A stretch of 64,000 bases of DNA from Dehalococcoidia bacterium (GTDB lineage: Bacteria > Chloroflexota > Dehalococcoidia > Lucifugimonadales > UBA3495). The position numbers and the translations under genes were made by a program. Under the pieces are notes generated by a model. That model ran no database searches. It saw only the letters and a program-made list of their open reading frames with translations, and had not been told where the DNA came from. The stretch lies in NCBI GenBank assembly GCA_965232835.1, contig OZ247426.1, positions 924,974 through 988,973 of the forward strand, in the 5' to 3' direction. Of the stretch, positions 1-8,754 are shown piece by piece (position 1 is the stretch's first letter; each line of letters begins with the position of its first letter).

Positions 1-1036
1 GCAAGAAGTACACCCCGATCATCCTTGACTCTATGTTTCTCTCGTCCTTGGTAACTGCCTTGCCCGGTCCGCTTAGGCATGGGTTGCCGCCGGCTCGAAC
101 AAGTGGCAACCATGACCCTTATGCCCGTCGGCCAAGGCCGAGGATGGGTTTATCAGTCTCACGAAAGGTACGTGGAACCAACCCTAATGTATGGTATGTG
201 CGACATGCATATTATTTCACCGCAGTTTTGTATTGGTTTGCATATGAACAATTACGAACCGATAATACTGATTCCACAATAACTTACTATTCTCGGTGAT
301 AACCGGTCTTCCAATGGTTGGAGCGGCATTCGGGCCGGGAAGATTCACGCAAGGCTTGCACCGCGGGTGCAGGGTTCAGGAGAAACTTGAAGGAGTCATT
401 GTGGAGCGGAGGCGCCTTGGTTAAAAGATTCTCTGTGCACCGAGATGCCAGCGCAACCAAAGTAAGAGCCCCTGACTTGTGATCAGGAGCCTGCTGCCTC
501 CGTTCTTCAGGCACGTTGAAAAGACGGTAGAGTATTCTGCAAGAGCCAGCCTTATCAAGAGGGTTCTTGAATTATCCAGCACTGGATGCTGGCCAAGGGA
601 TAAGGGAAGGTAAGTTCACTCGACCCCGCAGAATGCAAGGGACCCGGCTAGGGATTGATCTCTCCGCCATTTCTGCAGGACCGAGATAGGAACGCCGCAA
701 CTTACGCAGTTGCGGCAGAGGACCTGGGGGTAGGCCCCGAGGGGATCTTTGTGCCGACCTCCGCTTCCGCGCGCCTCGTGCCATCAGCGATTCCTTCGCA
801 GGAGAAGTCCAGAGTGGGCCGGATGGAATCCTTGGGATGAACAGGAGGAGGCCGGATGCGCCACGCTTTGCGCCAAGTCTGCGGGGATCGGGACCCCATC
901 GGACCCTGTTGCCTGAGTCCTATGTCGGGGCACTGATCCCCGGCAGGTCCTGGTTGATCCGGAGTTCGCTTAGGCGCAGCAACAGGGCCTTGGACCGCAC
1001 AAAATCCGGTCAATAATTTGGCTTTGGTCTAGTTGG

Positions 1037-1806
1037 TTGGGCAAGGTCCCTTCATTCACGATAATTACAATTATCGTGGATCCCTCAATGAGCCCCGAGA
1101 CTACCTCCCAGCCCCCTATTTCTGCGAGCGGGTCCATGTTGCCGATGGAACGCCAACGCTCACCCAACACTTGCGCTTATCCGCGATTAACGCAACTCCC
1201 CGTCGGTCAAACGGCATGGCTCAGCCTGGCGGAACGGGCGTTATTACTGGCATACTCGGCCCGCAGGTTGCGAAAATCCCCTGAGTGGCGATTTGGTGCC
1301 AAGAAAGGTCCAGCAGATCCCCGATTACTTCACGCCTGAGGAGGCGGCCGCCCTGGTGGAGGGCGCGCCCAGCTACCCGACACGCATGGCCTTCCGGCTC
1401 ATGCTGAAGACCGGCCTGAGGGTCTCCGAGGTCCTGGCGCTCCGGCTCGTGGACCTGCGCCTGGACCAGGATCGGTCATTAGCGTTCGGGCGGTGGCCTC
1501 CGGTGGCGAGTCCCGTAAGGCGCGCGAGGTGCCGATCCCGGCGGATGTGCTTGAAAGCGTCGGGGAACTGGCATCATTTCATGTGAAGACAGGCACCGGC
1601 CCATTCTGGACATATCCGGGAAATGGGTTGCAGAAGCGATGAAGAAGGCGGCGCTGGAGGTGGGCCAAGACCCGGCGCAGCTACCTCCAACGCGTCGTTC
1701 CCATCCCGGTACTACGGCAGTGGTTACGGCACCAGTTCCTCAAGGGCACACAGCGCTACATGGAGCTGGCCGGGGAGTACTACGAATGGGTTAGCAGGCT
1801 GCAGGT
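1037..1806 (+). pseudogene. Degraded tyrosine recombinase / phage-type integrase (several frameshifts)
   Basis: ORF 1293-1586 reads IPDYFTPEEAAALVEGAPSYPTRMAFRLMLKTGLRVSEVLALRLVDLRLD, a typical start of a tyrosine-recombinase catalytic domain. The continuation (SRKAREVPIPADVLESVGELASFH; KWVAEAMKKAALEVGQDP; VLRQWLRHQFLKGTQRYMELAGEYY) is only recovered by changing frame. A possible N-terminal piece lies in ORF 1037-1339. The locus faces the 3' end of tRNA-Leu. Confidence 0.6.
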
Positions 1807-1969
1807 ACGGTCCAGGAGACTTCGCGAGCGGAGGTCTCAACTCTCGGACAGGGAGTCTATCTTCCCTAGTTCCGGGGACTGCAGGATTGACAACATCTCT
1901 GACCCATATGTTGTCAAGATGTCGCCAAAAGGCCCGATTTCTAAGGTGATTAGATACGGGAACAGGTGT

Positions 1970-2055
1970 TGGTGCCGAAGGTCAGATTCGAACTGACACG
2001 GGGTCTCCCCCACCGGTTTTTGAGACCGGCGCGTCTACCATTTCGCCACTTCGGC
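1970..2055 (-). tRNA. tRNA-Leu (anticodon CAA), class II with long variable arm, CCA encoded
   Basis: The reverse complement reads GCCGAAGTGGCGAAATGGTAGACGCGCCGGTCTCAAAAACCGGTGGGGGAGACCCCGTGTCAGTTCGAATCTGACCTTCGGCACCA. The acceptor stem is GCCGAAG/CTTCGGC, the anticodon loop is CT-CAA-AA, the T-loop is GTTCGAATC, and a long extra arm is present. Confidence 0.93.
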
Positions 2056-2987
2056 TCGGATACGAATTTGGCTGCCTCCGGGATCTGTGGCCCCGTCTGG
2101 CCAACGGGCCGCCAATCAGGCTCTCTAATGTCCCTCATGCCTCATCGCCGAAAGCGGGTGAGGCATGTCCAAAGACATCGGCCGTGGCCAAGATACCCTA
2201 GCGTCCCATCCGCCCCCGGGCTACGTGTTTTGAGTTCCTGCAGGCCATTCCCGGGTTTGCGGCGTGTGGCCAAGACCGTGAAACCTCACACAATGGACGC
2301 CACATCCATCCGTAATGGACCTACCTCGTAGAAACCCCGAGCTATACATCATTATACCACCGTCGGTTCTGGCGCAAACCTGCGAATGCTGCCGTCCGGG
2401 CTGCAGGCCAAGGCGGCGTGCCGCTCCTTGAGAGTAAGCACAACCTCCCTGTTGATGGGCACGGCTCTCCGAGACTAACGGGACTTCGGCTCTGGAAACA
2501 TGAACCCGGTCTACCTCTCGTGAAGGCATGATGCGGACTACCTTGTGTGTCGTGGCCCAAAGATAAACGTCCGACCATTGTGGTCTCGTCGCTAGGAATC
2601 CTGTTGCGTCGGGGCCCCTTCCAGGGATTCCAACCAGTTCCCGTTCAGGCACTCTTGGCTGAAACGGCCATTGGTAGCCTCTCCGAGTGCATTGTCCGCG
2701 GGCCCGCCGGTCGGCTGAGGTTCCGCCACACCCTGCTCAGGCAGGCCCGCTGATCCTGCCGCTACGAGGTGAAAATCGGACTATTGTCGTGCCGTGTGGC
2801 ACGTGCAGCCAGCTCTGCTCCCTGAGGCCCTGCAATAATTATTGGCGGCACATTCGCGCGGTGTGTTACAGTGGATACACGCGCTCGATACCGCACCAAG
2901 GCTTCACTACGGCCACGGACCACCATCTGTCCCGTCTCTTGTCTGGTGCCCTGCCCTGCGCCAGATTGACCATGCCGCCATAGCGGG

Positions 2988-4421
2988 ATGGATTTAGGAG
3001 TCCGTAGCCCTATGCCTACCAAAACCCTATCAGCTCGTCCAAGACTTTCTCGTCCTGTTCACAGGCACCAGGCTGTTTGCGCCGAGTGCGGCGCGCCCAC
3101 CACAGTCCCCTTCGTCCCCACCCAGAACCGCCCGGTCTACTGCTCCGCCTGCTTCAAGTCCCCTGCAAGGGCCACGGCTCCTGCAGGAACTGTTTCCGAA
3201 GAGAGGGCGTCCACCCGGGATGGAAATGTAGCAGATCCTGCACCCGGATTTGTTGAAATGGGCCTGGCTACCGCCACAAAGGAAGCGCTGGCCCGCATGA
3301 ACATATCAGATCCCACGCCCATCCAGGGAAAGGCCATCCCTCTTCTGCTCGCTGGCAAAGACGTGGTGGGACAGGCTCGTACCGGTTCCGGCAAGACCCT
3401 GGCATTTGCAGTCCCTATGGTGGAACGGTGCGACCCATCGGTCCGGCAGGTTCAGGCCCTGGTGCTGGTACCGACCCGGGAATTGGCGATGCAGGTGGCG
3501 GGAGTGACGGAAGCCCTGGCGTCGCGCCATGGGTTGCGTTGCACCCTCCTCTACGGCGGCCATTCATTGAAGCCGGAATACAGGGCATTGAAGGAAGGCG
3601 CCCAGATCGTCGTCGGCACTCCCGGACGGACACTGGACCATGTCCGGCAAGGCACGTTGAAACTACAATCGGTCCGCTTTCTCGTGCTTGACGAGGCTGA
3701 CGAGATGCTGGACCAGGGCTTTGCCCACGACGTGGAGGCCATACTTGACCGGACGCCTTCGAGCCGACAGACCGGGCTTTTTTCGGCGACGATGCCCCGT
3801 TGGGTTGCGAAGACTGCCGCCGGGCACCTGCGCAGCCCAGCCAGGGTGGAGGTGGACGCAGACCTGCAGAAACTGCCCACAGTGAAGCACCTGGTCTATT
3901 CCATTCAGAAGGACGCCAAGCTTGAAGCGCTACGCACCCTGTTGGATGGGCGCGACGACTATCCCGTCATCGTCTTCGGCAAGACCAAGCGCGGCGTGAA
4001 GAAGCTGGCTGGTCAGCTGGTCGAAATGGGCTATCCGGCAGGTGCGCTTCAAGGGAATCTCAGCCAGAAAGCCCGCGAAATAGTGATGGAGAACTTCCGT
4101 TCCGGCGCAAGGCCCATCCTTGTCGCAACCAATGTGGCCGCACGCGGTCTGGACGTCGAGGGAGTTGGCCAGGTCATCAATTTCGACCTGCCGGACTCAG
4201 AGTTACTGTTCACCCACAGGGCCGGGAGAACCGGACGCATGGGCCGCTACGGTGAGGCCGTTACCTTCATCACCCCGGATGAGGAGCGCAAGTGGCGGGA
4301 GATCGACCGGGGACTGGGCGGCCAGTTCGTGCGCAAGCCCTGGAAGGCGTCACGCTGGCAGGGACAGCGGCAGGACCGGATTGTAGAGCAGCGGCGACAG
4401 GCTTCCGGCGCCCCCGCCTAA
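2988..4421 (+). CDS. DEAD-box ATP-dependent RNA helicase with N-terminal CxxC-x17-CxxC zinc ribbon
   Basis: Q motif PTPIQ, motif I GQARTGSGKT, PTRELA, DEAD (VLDEADEM), SAT and HRAGRTGR are all present. The N-terminus has CAEC-x17-CSAC (nt 3078-3152). An alternative start at ATG 3012 has AGGAG upstream. Confidence 0.93.
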   Translation: MDLGVRSPMPTKTLSARPRLSRPVHRHQAVCAECGAPTTVPFVPTQNRPVYCSACFKSPARATAPAGTVSEERASTRDGNVADPAPGFVEMGLATATKEALARMNISDPTPIQGKAIPLLLAGKDVVGQARTGSGKTLAFAVPMVERCDPSVRQVQALVLVPTRELAMQVAGVTEALASRHGLRCTLLYGGHSLKPEYRALKEGAQIVVGTPGRTLDHVRQGTLKLQSVRFLVLDEADEMLDQGFAHDVEAILDRTPSSRQTGLFSATMPRWVAKTAAGHLRSPARVEVDADLQKLPTVKHLVYSIQKDAKLEALRTLLDGRDDYPVIVFGKTKRGVKKLAGQLVEMGYPAGALQGNLSQKAREIVMENFRSGARPILVATNVAARGLDVEGVGQVINFDLPDSELLFTHRAGRTGRMGRYGEAVTFITPDEERKWREIDRGLGGQFVRKPWKASRWQGQRQDRIVEQRRQASGAPA

Positions 4422-4930
4422 TGGGGATGATTGCCGGAGTATAGTCCTGAACCCTGGCTCCCGAAATTTCAGGAGGCCGCTGCGGTCATCCCTGGCCCGC
4501 CGGTCTCCTCCGCTCATCTGCTTTCCTTCGACAGGTTGGGCAACTAACCAGCCGGGTGGTGCACCGAGGCTACGCTAGGGTCGGCTCGATGGCGTGTCTG
4601 AATTTCACACACCATGGTCCACTTGCGGAATCACTGTCCTCTGGACGCAACCGATGGCGTAAGGAAAGAGCCGTGTGGCCGCACTTGGCCCATCCTGGGC
4701 CGGCGGTTTCGGAGCTACGAAGCGTCCCGCAGCTTGCCGTGACCGATGCTATTGACATCAGCGTCATTGACACCGACTATGCGTTTGCTGAGACGAAAGG
4801 GCTTCATTGCTAAGCTTCGTCAACCCACAGAATTCCAGAAGTCCATCAGACTGCACCGGTGCCTCGAACTACGACACGCGGTGCCTGAGTTCCAGTTCAG
4901 CACCCCTCTGGATGTAAGGAGATAGGGTCA

Positions 4931-6133
4931 ATGCCGAATTCGGGAAAGCATTCGAACATAGCCGTCGTCGGCGCGGGAATCCTCGGGGCCGCCATCGCGT
5001 TTAGGCTGGGACGGCGCGGCGTCAACGTCACCGTCATCGACAGTGGACAGCCGGGACAGGGAGCATCGAGCCACAGCTTCGCGTGGATCAATGCCGGAGC
5101 AAAGGAGCCCATCGGCTATCACAACCTGAATCGGCGTTCCCTCGAAATGTGGCACCGGTTCGCCACCTCCATCGGCGATGGCGGTGACCCTGACAGCGTC
5201 GGCCTGCGCTGGGGAGGCAAGGTCTCCTGGGAATCTGATCCCATTGCCGCCGAGGGCCTGCTCGCACGAGTCAAGCAGCTCCAGTCCTGGGGCTATCCCA
5301 CCCGCCTGATCGACGCCGGTGAGCTGCGAGAACTGGAGCCGTCCCTGGATCTCGGCCCGGTGGCCGCTGCGGAATACAGCCCCAACGAGGGGCAGTTGGA
5401 GCCGCAGATGGTGGTGGACGCCTGCCTGCGCCGCCTCAAGGAAATGGGCTGCGAGACAGTGCTGGATACCGAGGTCCTCGGCTTCGAGCGGGACGGAGCC
5501 GGGAGGATACATGGACTCGAAACGTCCTCCGGGGCCAGGCCAGTGGATGCGGTAGTTATCGCCGCGGGCACCGAGACCACTCGCGTGGCGTCCCTGGCCG
5601 GCGTGAACGTCTCCCAAGCAGAGAGCCCAGGCGTTGTGATCCGCACAAACCCAATGCCGACGCTGCTACAGCATGTGCCTATCGTCTACGCGCCACCGCT
5701 GGGCGATGGCCGCAGGGAGATACACCTCAGGCAATGCGCTGATGGCAGATTGATGATCGGCGAAGGCGACCAGGAGAGCCTCGCCGAGGACGACAGCCAG
5801 GCTCACGCCGATGACCTGCTGGCCCGGGCCTGTCGCTACCTGCCCGGGCTCAAGGGCGCGCAGGCTGTCCCGGTACCGGTCGGCTGGCGTCCCATGCCCC
5901 TGGACGGCTACCCGGTGCTGGGTTTCGCGTCAGAGGCGCCCAACCTGTACGTTGCCCTAACCCACAGCGGCGTCACCCTCGCGCCCGCCCTCAGCCAGCT
6001 GGCCGCGCAGGAAATCTGCGACGGCACTCCCGCCGACGCAGTGCTTGGCCCCTACCGTCCGCAGAGATTCGCCGGACTAACGGCTGTGGAGGCAGCGCAA
6101 GCCAGCCATCCCCGCGCCGCGAAAATGCGCTAG
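4931..6133 (+). CDS. FAD-dependent oxidoreductase (DAO family; D-amino-acid / glycine / sarcosine oxidase-like)
   Basis: N-terminal Rossmann motif IAVVGAGILGAAIAFRL, followed by GASSHSFAWINAG. RBS AAGGAG lies upstream of the ATG. Confidence 0.8.
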   Translation: MPNSGKHSNIAVVGAGILGAAIAFRLGRRGVNVTVIDSGQPGQGASSHSFAWINAGAKEPIGYHNLNRRSLEMWHRFATSIGDGGDPDSVGLRWGGKVSWESDPIAAEGLLARVKQLQSWGYPTRLIDAGELRELEPSLDLGPVAAAEYSPNEGQLEPQMVVDACLRRLKEMGCETVLDTEVLGFERDGAGRIHGLETSSGARPVDAVVIAAGTETTRVASLAGVNVSQAESPGVVIRTNPMPTLLQHVPIVYAPPLGDGRREIHLRQCADGRLMIGEGDQESLAEDDSQAHADDLLARACRYLPGLKGAQAVPVPVGWRPMPLDGYPVLGFASEAPNLYVALTHSGVTLAPALSQLAAQEICDGTPADAVLGPYRPQRFAGLTAVEAAQASHPRAAKMR

Positions 6134-6237
6134 CCCACCAGTCTTTCAGGAAGGCTGCTCTGCGTCTGTTCTGCAAGTCGCCGTGAGAACAGGTACCACG
6201 CGTCGGCACGGCACCATCCATTGAGTACTGTCGACGA

Positions 6238-6960
6238 TCAAGCCCGGCAGCAGACCGCACTGCATGCGCGCAGGCCGAACATGCAGGTGCCGCAGAAACA
6301 TACCCGGCGCTCGTGTTCCTCGTGGTCTCCGTGCTCGTCTTCATGAACAGGACCGCAGTGATCGTGGCCAGAGAAGTTCTCCAGTCCTTCCTTGATGAAA
6401 AAGGGAACGAGGAACAGGGCCACAACCGGGTCAGCCCACCACCACGCCAGCAGGCTGTTGAGTCCCAGTCCGATCAGGATAGTGACGTCCTGAAGATCGC
6501 AGAACAGGGACTCCAGCGCCTCGGCTCGCAGGGACCAGGACTGCATGCGGGTGGCGATACGCATCTTTCCGAAATACAGCACCGACATCACGACGGCGCT
6601 GGCCACCACCAGAACGATACCGGCCAAACTGGGCTCAGGCTCGGGGAAGAATCCCGCCAAGTTGGCCAGTGAGTGGATGACGATATAGGCCGCCAGGAGG
6701 AAAAAGCTGAGCGCCAGCAGCCTCCGGGCCTTTCCCTCAGCAGCCTCCGCTTCCGATTCCTCGAGCACAGTCCTCAGTCGCCACACCAGCACCCCGCCAG
6801 CCAGGATCTCAACGATGCTGTCAAGGCCATAGGCCAGCAGGGCCACGCTGCTCGATCCTGCCGCCGCCCAGAATGCGACTCCGGCCTCGAGCACGTTCCA
6901 GGCAAGGCCTGCCAAGACCAGAACCAGTGCTGTCTTGCGTAGCGCGCCTGATTCAAGCAT
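6238..6960 (-). CDS. Cation-efflux (CDF)-like membrane protein with Cys/His-rich C-terminal tail
   Basis: A multi-TM protein resembling a CDF transmembrane domain (LEAGVAFWAAAGSSSVALLAYGLDSIVEILAGG..). The tail reads HDHCGPVHEDEHGDHEEHERRVCFCGTCMFGLRACSAVCCRA. I chose the start at ATG 6960 because GGGGAGGTG lies 9 nt upstream; the track start 7008 has no RBS. Confidence 0.6.
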   Translation of the reverse strand: MLESGALRKTALVLVLAGLAWNVLEAGVAFWAAAGSSSVALLAYGLDSIVEILAGGVLVWRLRTVLEESEAEAAEGKARRLLALSFFLLAAYIVIHSLANLAGFFPEPEPSLAGIVLVVASAVVMSVLYFGKMRIATRMQSWSLRAEALESLFCDLQDVTILIGLGLNSLLAWWWADPVVALFLVPFFIKEGLENFSGHDHCGPVHEDEHGDHEEHERRVCFCGTCMFGLRACSAVCCRA

Positions 6961-7228
6961 TTGAATTGACACCTCCCCGTCCTTCGAGAATTTTCCGGAA
7001 AGGTACAAAGCACTCTGCAGCGCGGCCGCGTCTCAATGGCCCCCAGACCCACCCTGACCTAAGTCTCAATAGTGCGATGAGGTCAGCGGAGTATAACCGC
7101 TATTTCAAGAGCGCAAAAGGAGGCGCAGAAGGAGTTGATTAAACCGAAAGCTCGCCATGGGTCAGAAAAGCCTGTTCCAGGAATGCTGACGGGCAAAGGG
7201 ACTAGTAGGCCGACCGCTTTGAAATGAT

Positions 7229-7304
7229 GGGCAACCGGGGCGCCCACAAGGGTTGCCCCTACCAGTCCCAGCCGGTCCCGTAGGGGCGCCCCTTGTGGGC
7301 GCCC
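7229..7304. repeat. Inverted pair of GC-rich hairpin repeats (CCCCTAC family)
   Basis: GGGGCGCCCACAAGGGTTGCCCCTAC (7237-7262) and its inverted copy GTAGGGGCGCCCCTTGTGGGCGCCC (7280-7304) are separated by 17 nt. Related units occur at 10572, 37863, 38451 and 38494. Confidence 0.8.
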
Positions 7305-7381
7305 TGATCGCTACAGCCAAAGGCTACGCATCAATGCAAATGTTTCGCACTACTAGCGACGAATGAAATTAACGCCTGGGC

Positions 7382-7387
7382 TATAAT
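7382..7387 (+). promoter_or_regulatory. Candidate -10 box (TATAAT) upstream of the cysteine desulfurase gene
   Basis: A perfect TATAAT lies 43 nt upstream of ATG 7430. I found no convincing -35 element. Confidence 0.3.
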
Positions 7388-7429
7388 GTTTCGCACATCC
7401 ACTTGGAGACAACCTCCGGGGAGATAGTG

Positions 7430-8581
7430 ATGACCGGCATCTACCTTGACTACAACGCGACCACACCCATCGACCCGGAAGTCGCCGAGGCAATGCTTCC
7501 TTACGTCCATGGGCTCTACGGCAATCCCTCCAGTGGCCACTCTTTCGGACGTTCTGCCCGCGCCGGCGTCGATCACGCCCGGGCCCAAGTAGCCTCCCTA
7601 CTTGGCTGCGACACAGACGACCTTATGTTCACCAGCGGCGGCACCGAGGCCAACAATCACGCCATCAAGGGCGTCGCCGAGGCACACTGTCAACGCGGAA
7701 ACCACGTCATAACCTCGGCGGTGGAGCACCCGGCGGTGATTGAAGTCTGCCGGTACCTTGAAGGGCACGGCTTCCGCGTAACATACCTGCCCGTCGACGA
7801 GTTTGGAATGGTCCACCCGCAGCAGGTGGAGGACACCATCACCCCCGAAACGGTGCTGGTGAGCATCATGCACGCCAACAACGAGGTGGGGACCATACAG
7901 CCCATCGCGGAGATAGCGGAAATTGCGCACCGCAGCGGCGCCATGATGCACAGCGACTGCGCCCAGTCCGTGGGAAAGATCCCGGTGCGGGTGGATGAAC
8001 TCGGTGTCGACTTGCTCTCCATCGCGGGACACAAGCTTTACGCTCCCAAAGGCATCGGCGCGCTCTATATCCGCCCCGGCCTTCGCCTCGAGAAGTTCAT
8101 GCACGGCGCCGGCCACGAGGACGGCCGCCGGGCCGGGACCGAGAACATCATCGGAATGGCCGGCCTCGGCAAGGCCTGTGAACTGATTGAGCAGAACCTC
8201 ACCAGGTACGCCAACCAGATGTCACGCATGCGCGACCGGCTGGAGCACGGTCTGCTGTCCGCCTCTTCCGACAGGAAGGTCAACGGGCACCCCGATGAGC
8301 GGCTGCCAAACACGTCAAGCATCGCCTTCCGGGGCCTGGAGGCCGACCGCATCCTGGCCAGCCTGCCCAGCGTAGCGGCCTCGGCCGGGGCTGCCTGCCA
8401 CAGCGACAGGGTCGAGGTCTCCCACGTGCTGGCGGCGATGAATGTCCCGGAGGAGTACGCAATGGGCACCCTGAGAATGACAGTGGGTCGCTTCACGACG
8501 ACAGAGGAAATTGACCAGTCCATCGCCGAAGTCAACAAGGTGGTTGCCAGCATGACCCTGCTGCCCACTGCGGCAGACTGA
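7430..8581 (+). CDS. Cysteine desulfurase (NifS/IscS-type class V aminotransferase)
   Basis: IYLDYNATTP, GNPSSGHSFG, the PLP-lysine motif SIAGHKLYAPKGIGALYIR, and the catalytic Cys in SAGAACHS. ATG 7430 has GGGGAG 6 nt upstream; the track start 7403 is a TTG. Confidence 0.9.
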   Translation: MTGIYLDYNATTPIDPEVAEAMLPYVHGLYGNPSSGHSFGRSARAGVDHARAQVASLLGCDTDDLMFTSGGTEANNHAIKGVAEAHCQRGNHVITSAVEHPAVIEVCRYLEGHGFRVTYLPVDEFGMVHPQQVEDTITPETVLVSIMHANNEVGTIQPIAEIAEIAHRSGAMMHSDCAQSVGKIPVRVDELGVDLLSIAGHKLYAPKGIGALYIRPGLRLEKFMHGAGHEDGRRAGTENIIGMAGLGKACELIEQNLTRYANQMSRMRDRLEHGLLSASSDRKVNGHPDERLPNTSSIAFRGLEADRILASLPSVAASAGAACHSDRVEVSHVLAAMNVPEEYAMGTLRMTVGRFTTTEEIDQSIAEVNKVVASMTLLPTAAD

Positions 8582-8588
8582 ACGAAAC

Positions 8589-8681
8589 TGTCTGAATCGA
8601 GATTTTACAGGACTTAGGAATTTTAGGATGAATAATCTTAATCCTGTTCATCCTTGAATCCTGAAAATCCGGATTCAGACA
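8589..8681. repeat. 93-nt intergenic element bounded by terminal inverted repeats TGTCTGAATC / GATTCAGACA (MITE-like)
   Basis: It starts TGTCTGAATCGAGATTT and ends AAATCCGGATTCAGACA. A second copy with the same termini lies at 39368-39446. Confidence 0.6.
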
Positions 8682-8754
8682 ACGGCTCCAATTCAAGCCA
8701 ATCACACTCCAGACAATCACTGCAGCGAAAACGATATTAAGAAGGACGGAGCTT

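Noticed and set aside
2140-2660. Possible RNase P RNA or tmRNA in the ORF-free tract. Resemblances include ACATGAACCCGGTCTA and GCCGTCCGGGCTGCAGG on the plus strand, and GAGCCGAAGTCCCG and CAAACCCGGGAATGG on the minus strand.
   Set aside because: The CR-I-like and CR-V-like pieces are too close together (about 110-220 nt). They do not form a convincing P4 pairing. The GGUGAAA/GGUAAGAGC region is missing, and there is no tRNA-like 3' end for tmRNA. It needs an Rfam scan to be sure.
4630-4720. Possible glycine riboswitch upstream of the DAO-family oxidase (CTGGACGCAACCGATGGCGTAAGG resembles CUGGAGAG...CACCGAAGGGGCAA).
   Set aside because: Only a loose resemblance to one half of one aptamer. 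There is no second conserved segment (CUCAGGCAAAAGGAC-like), and it lies more than 200 nt from the start codon.
4740-4790. A direct repeat CATTGACA(T/C)C occurring twice (ATTGACATCAGCGTCATTGACACC), as a possible promoter or operator for the DAO-family gene.
   Set aside because: The -10 candidates at proper spacing are poor, and the site is about 170 nt from the ATG. It cannot be supported without transcription start data.
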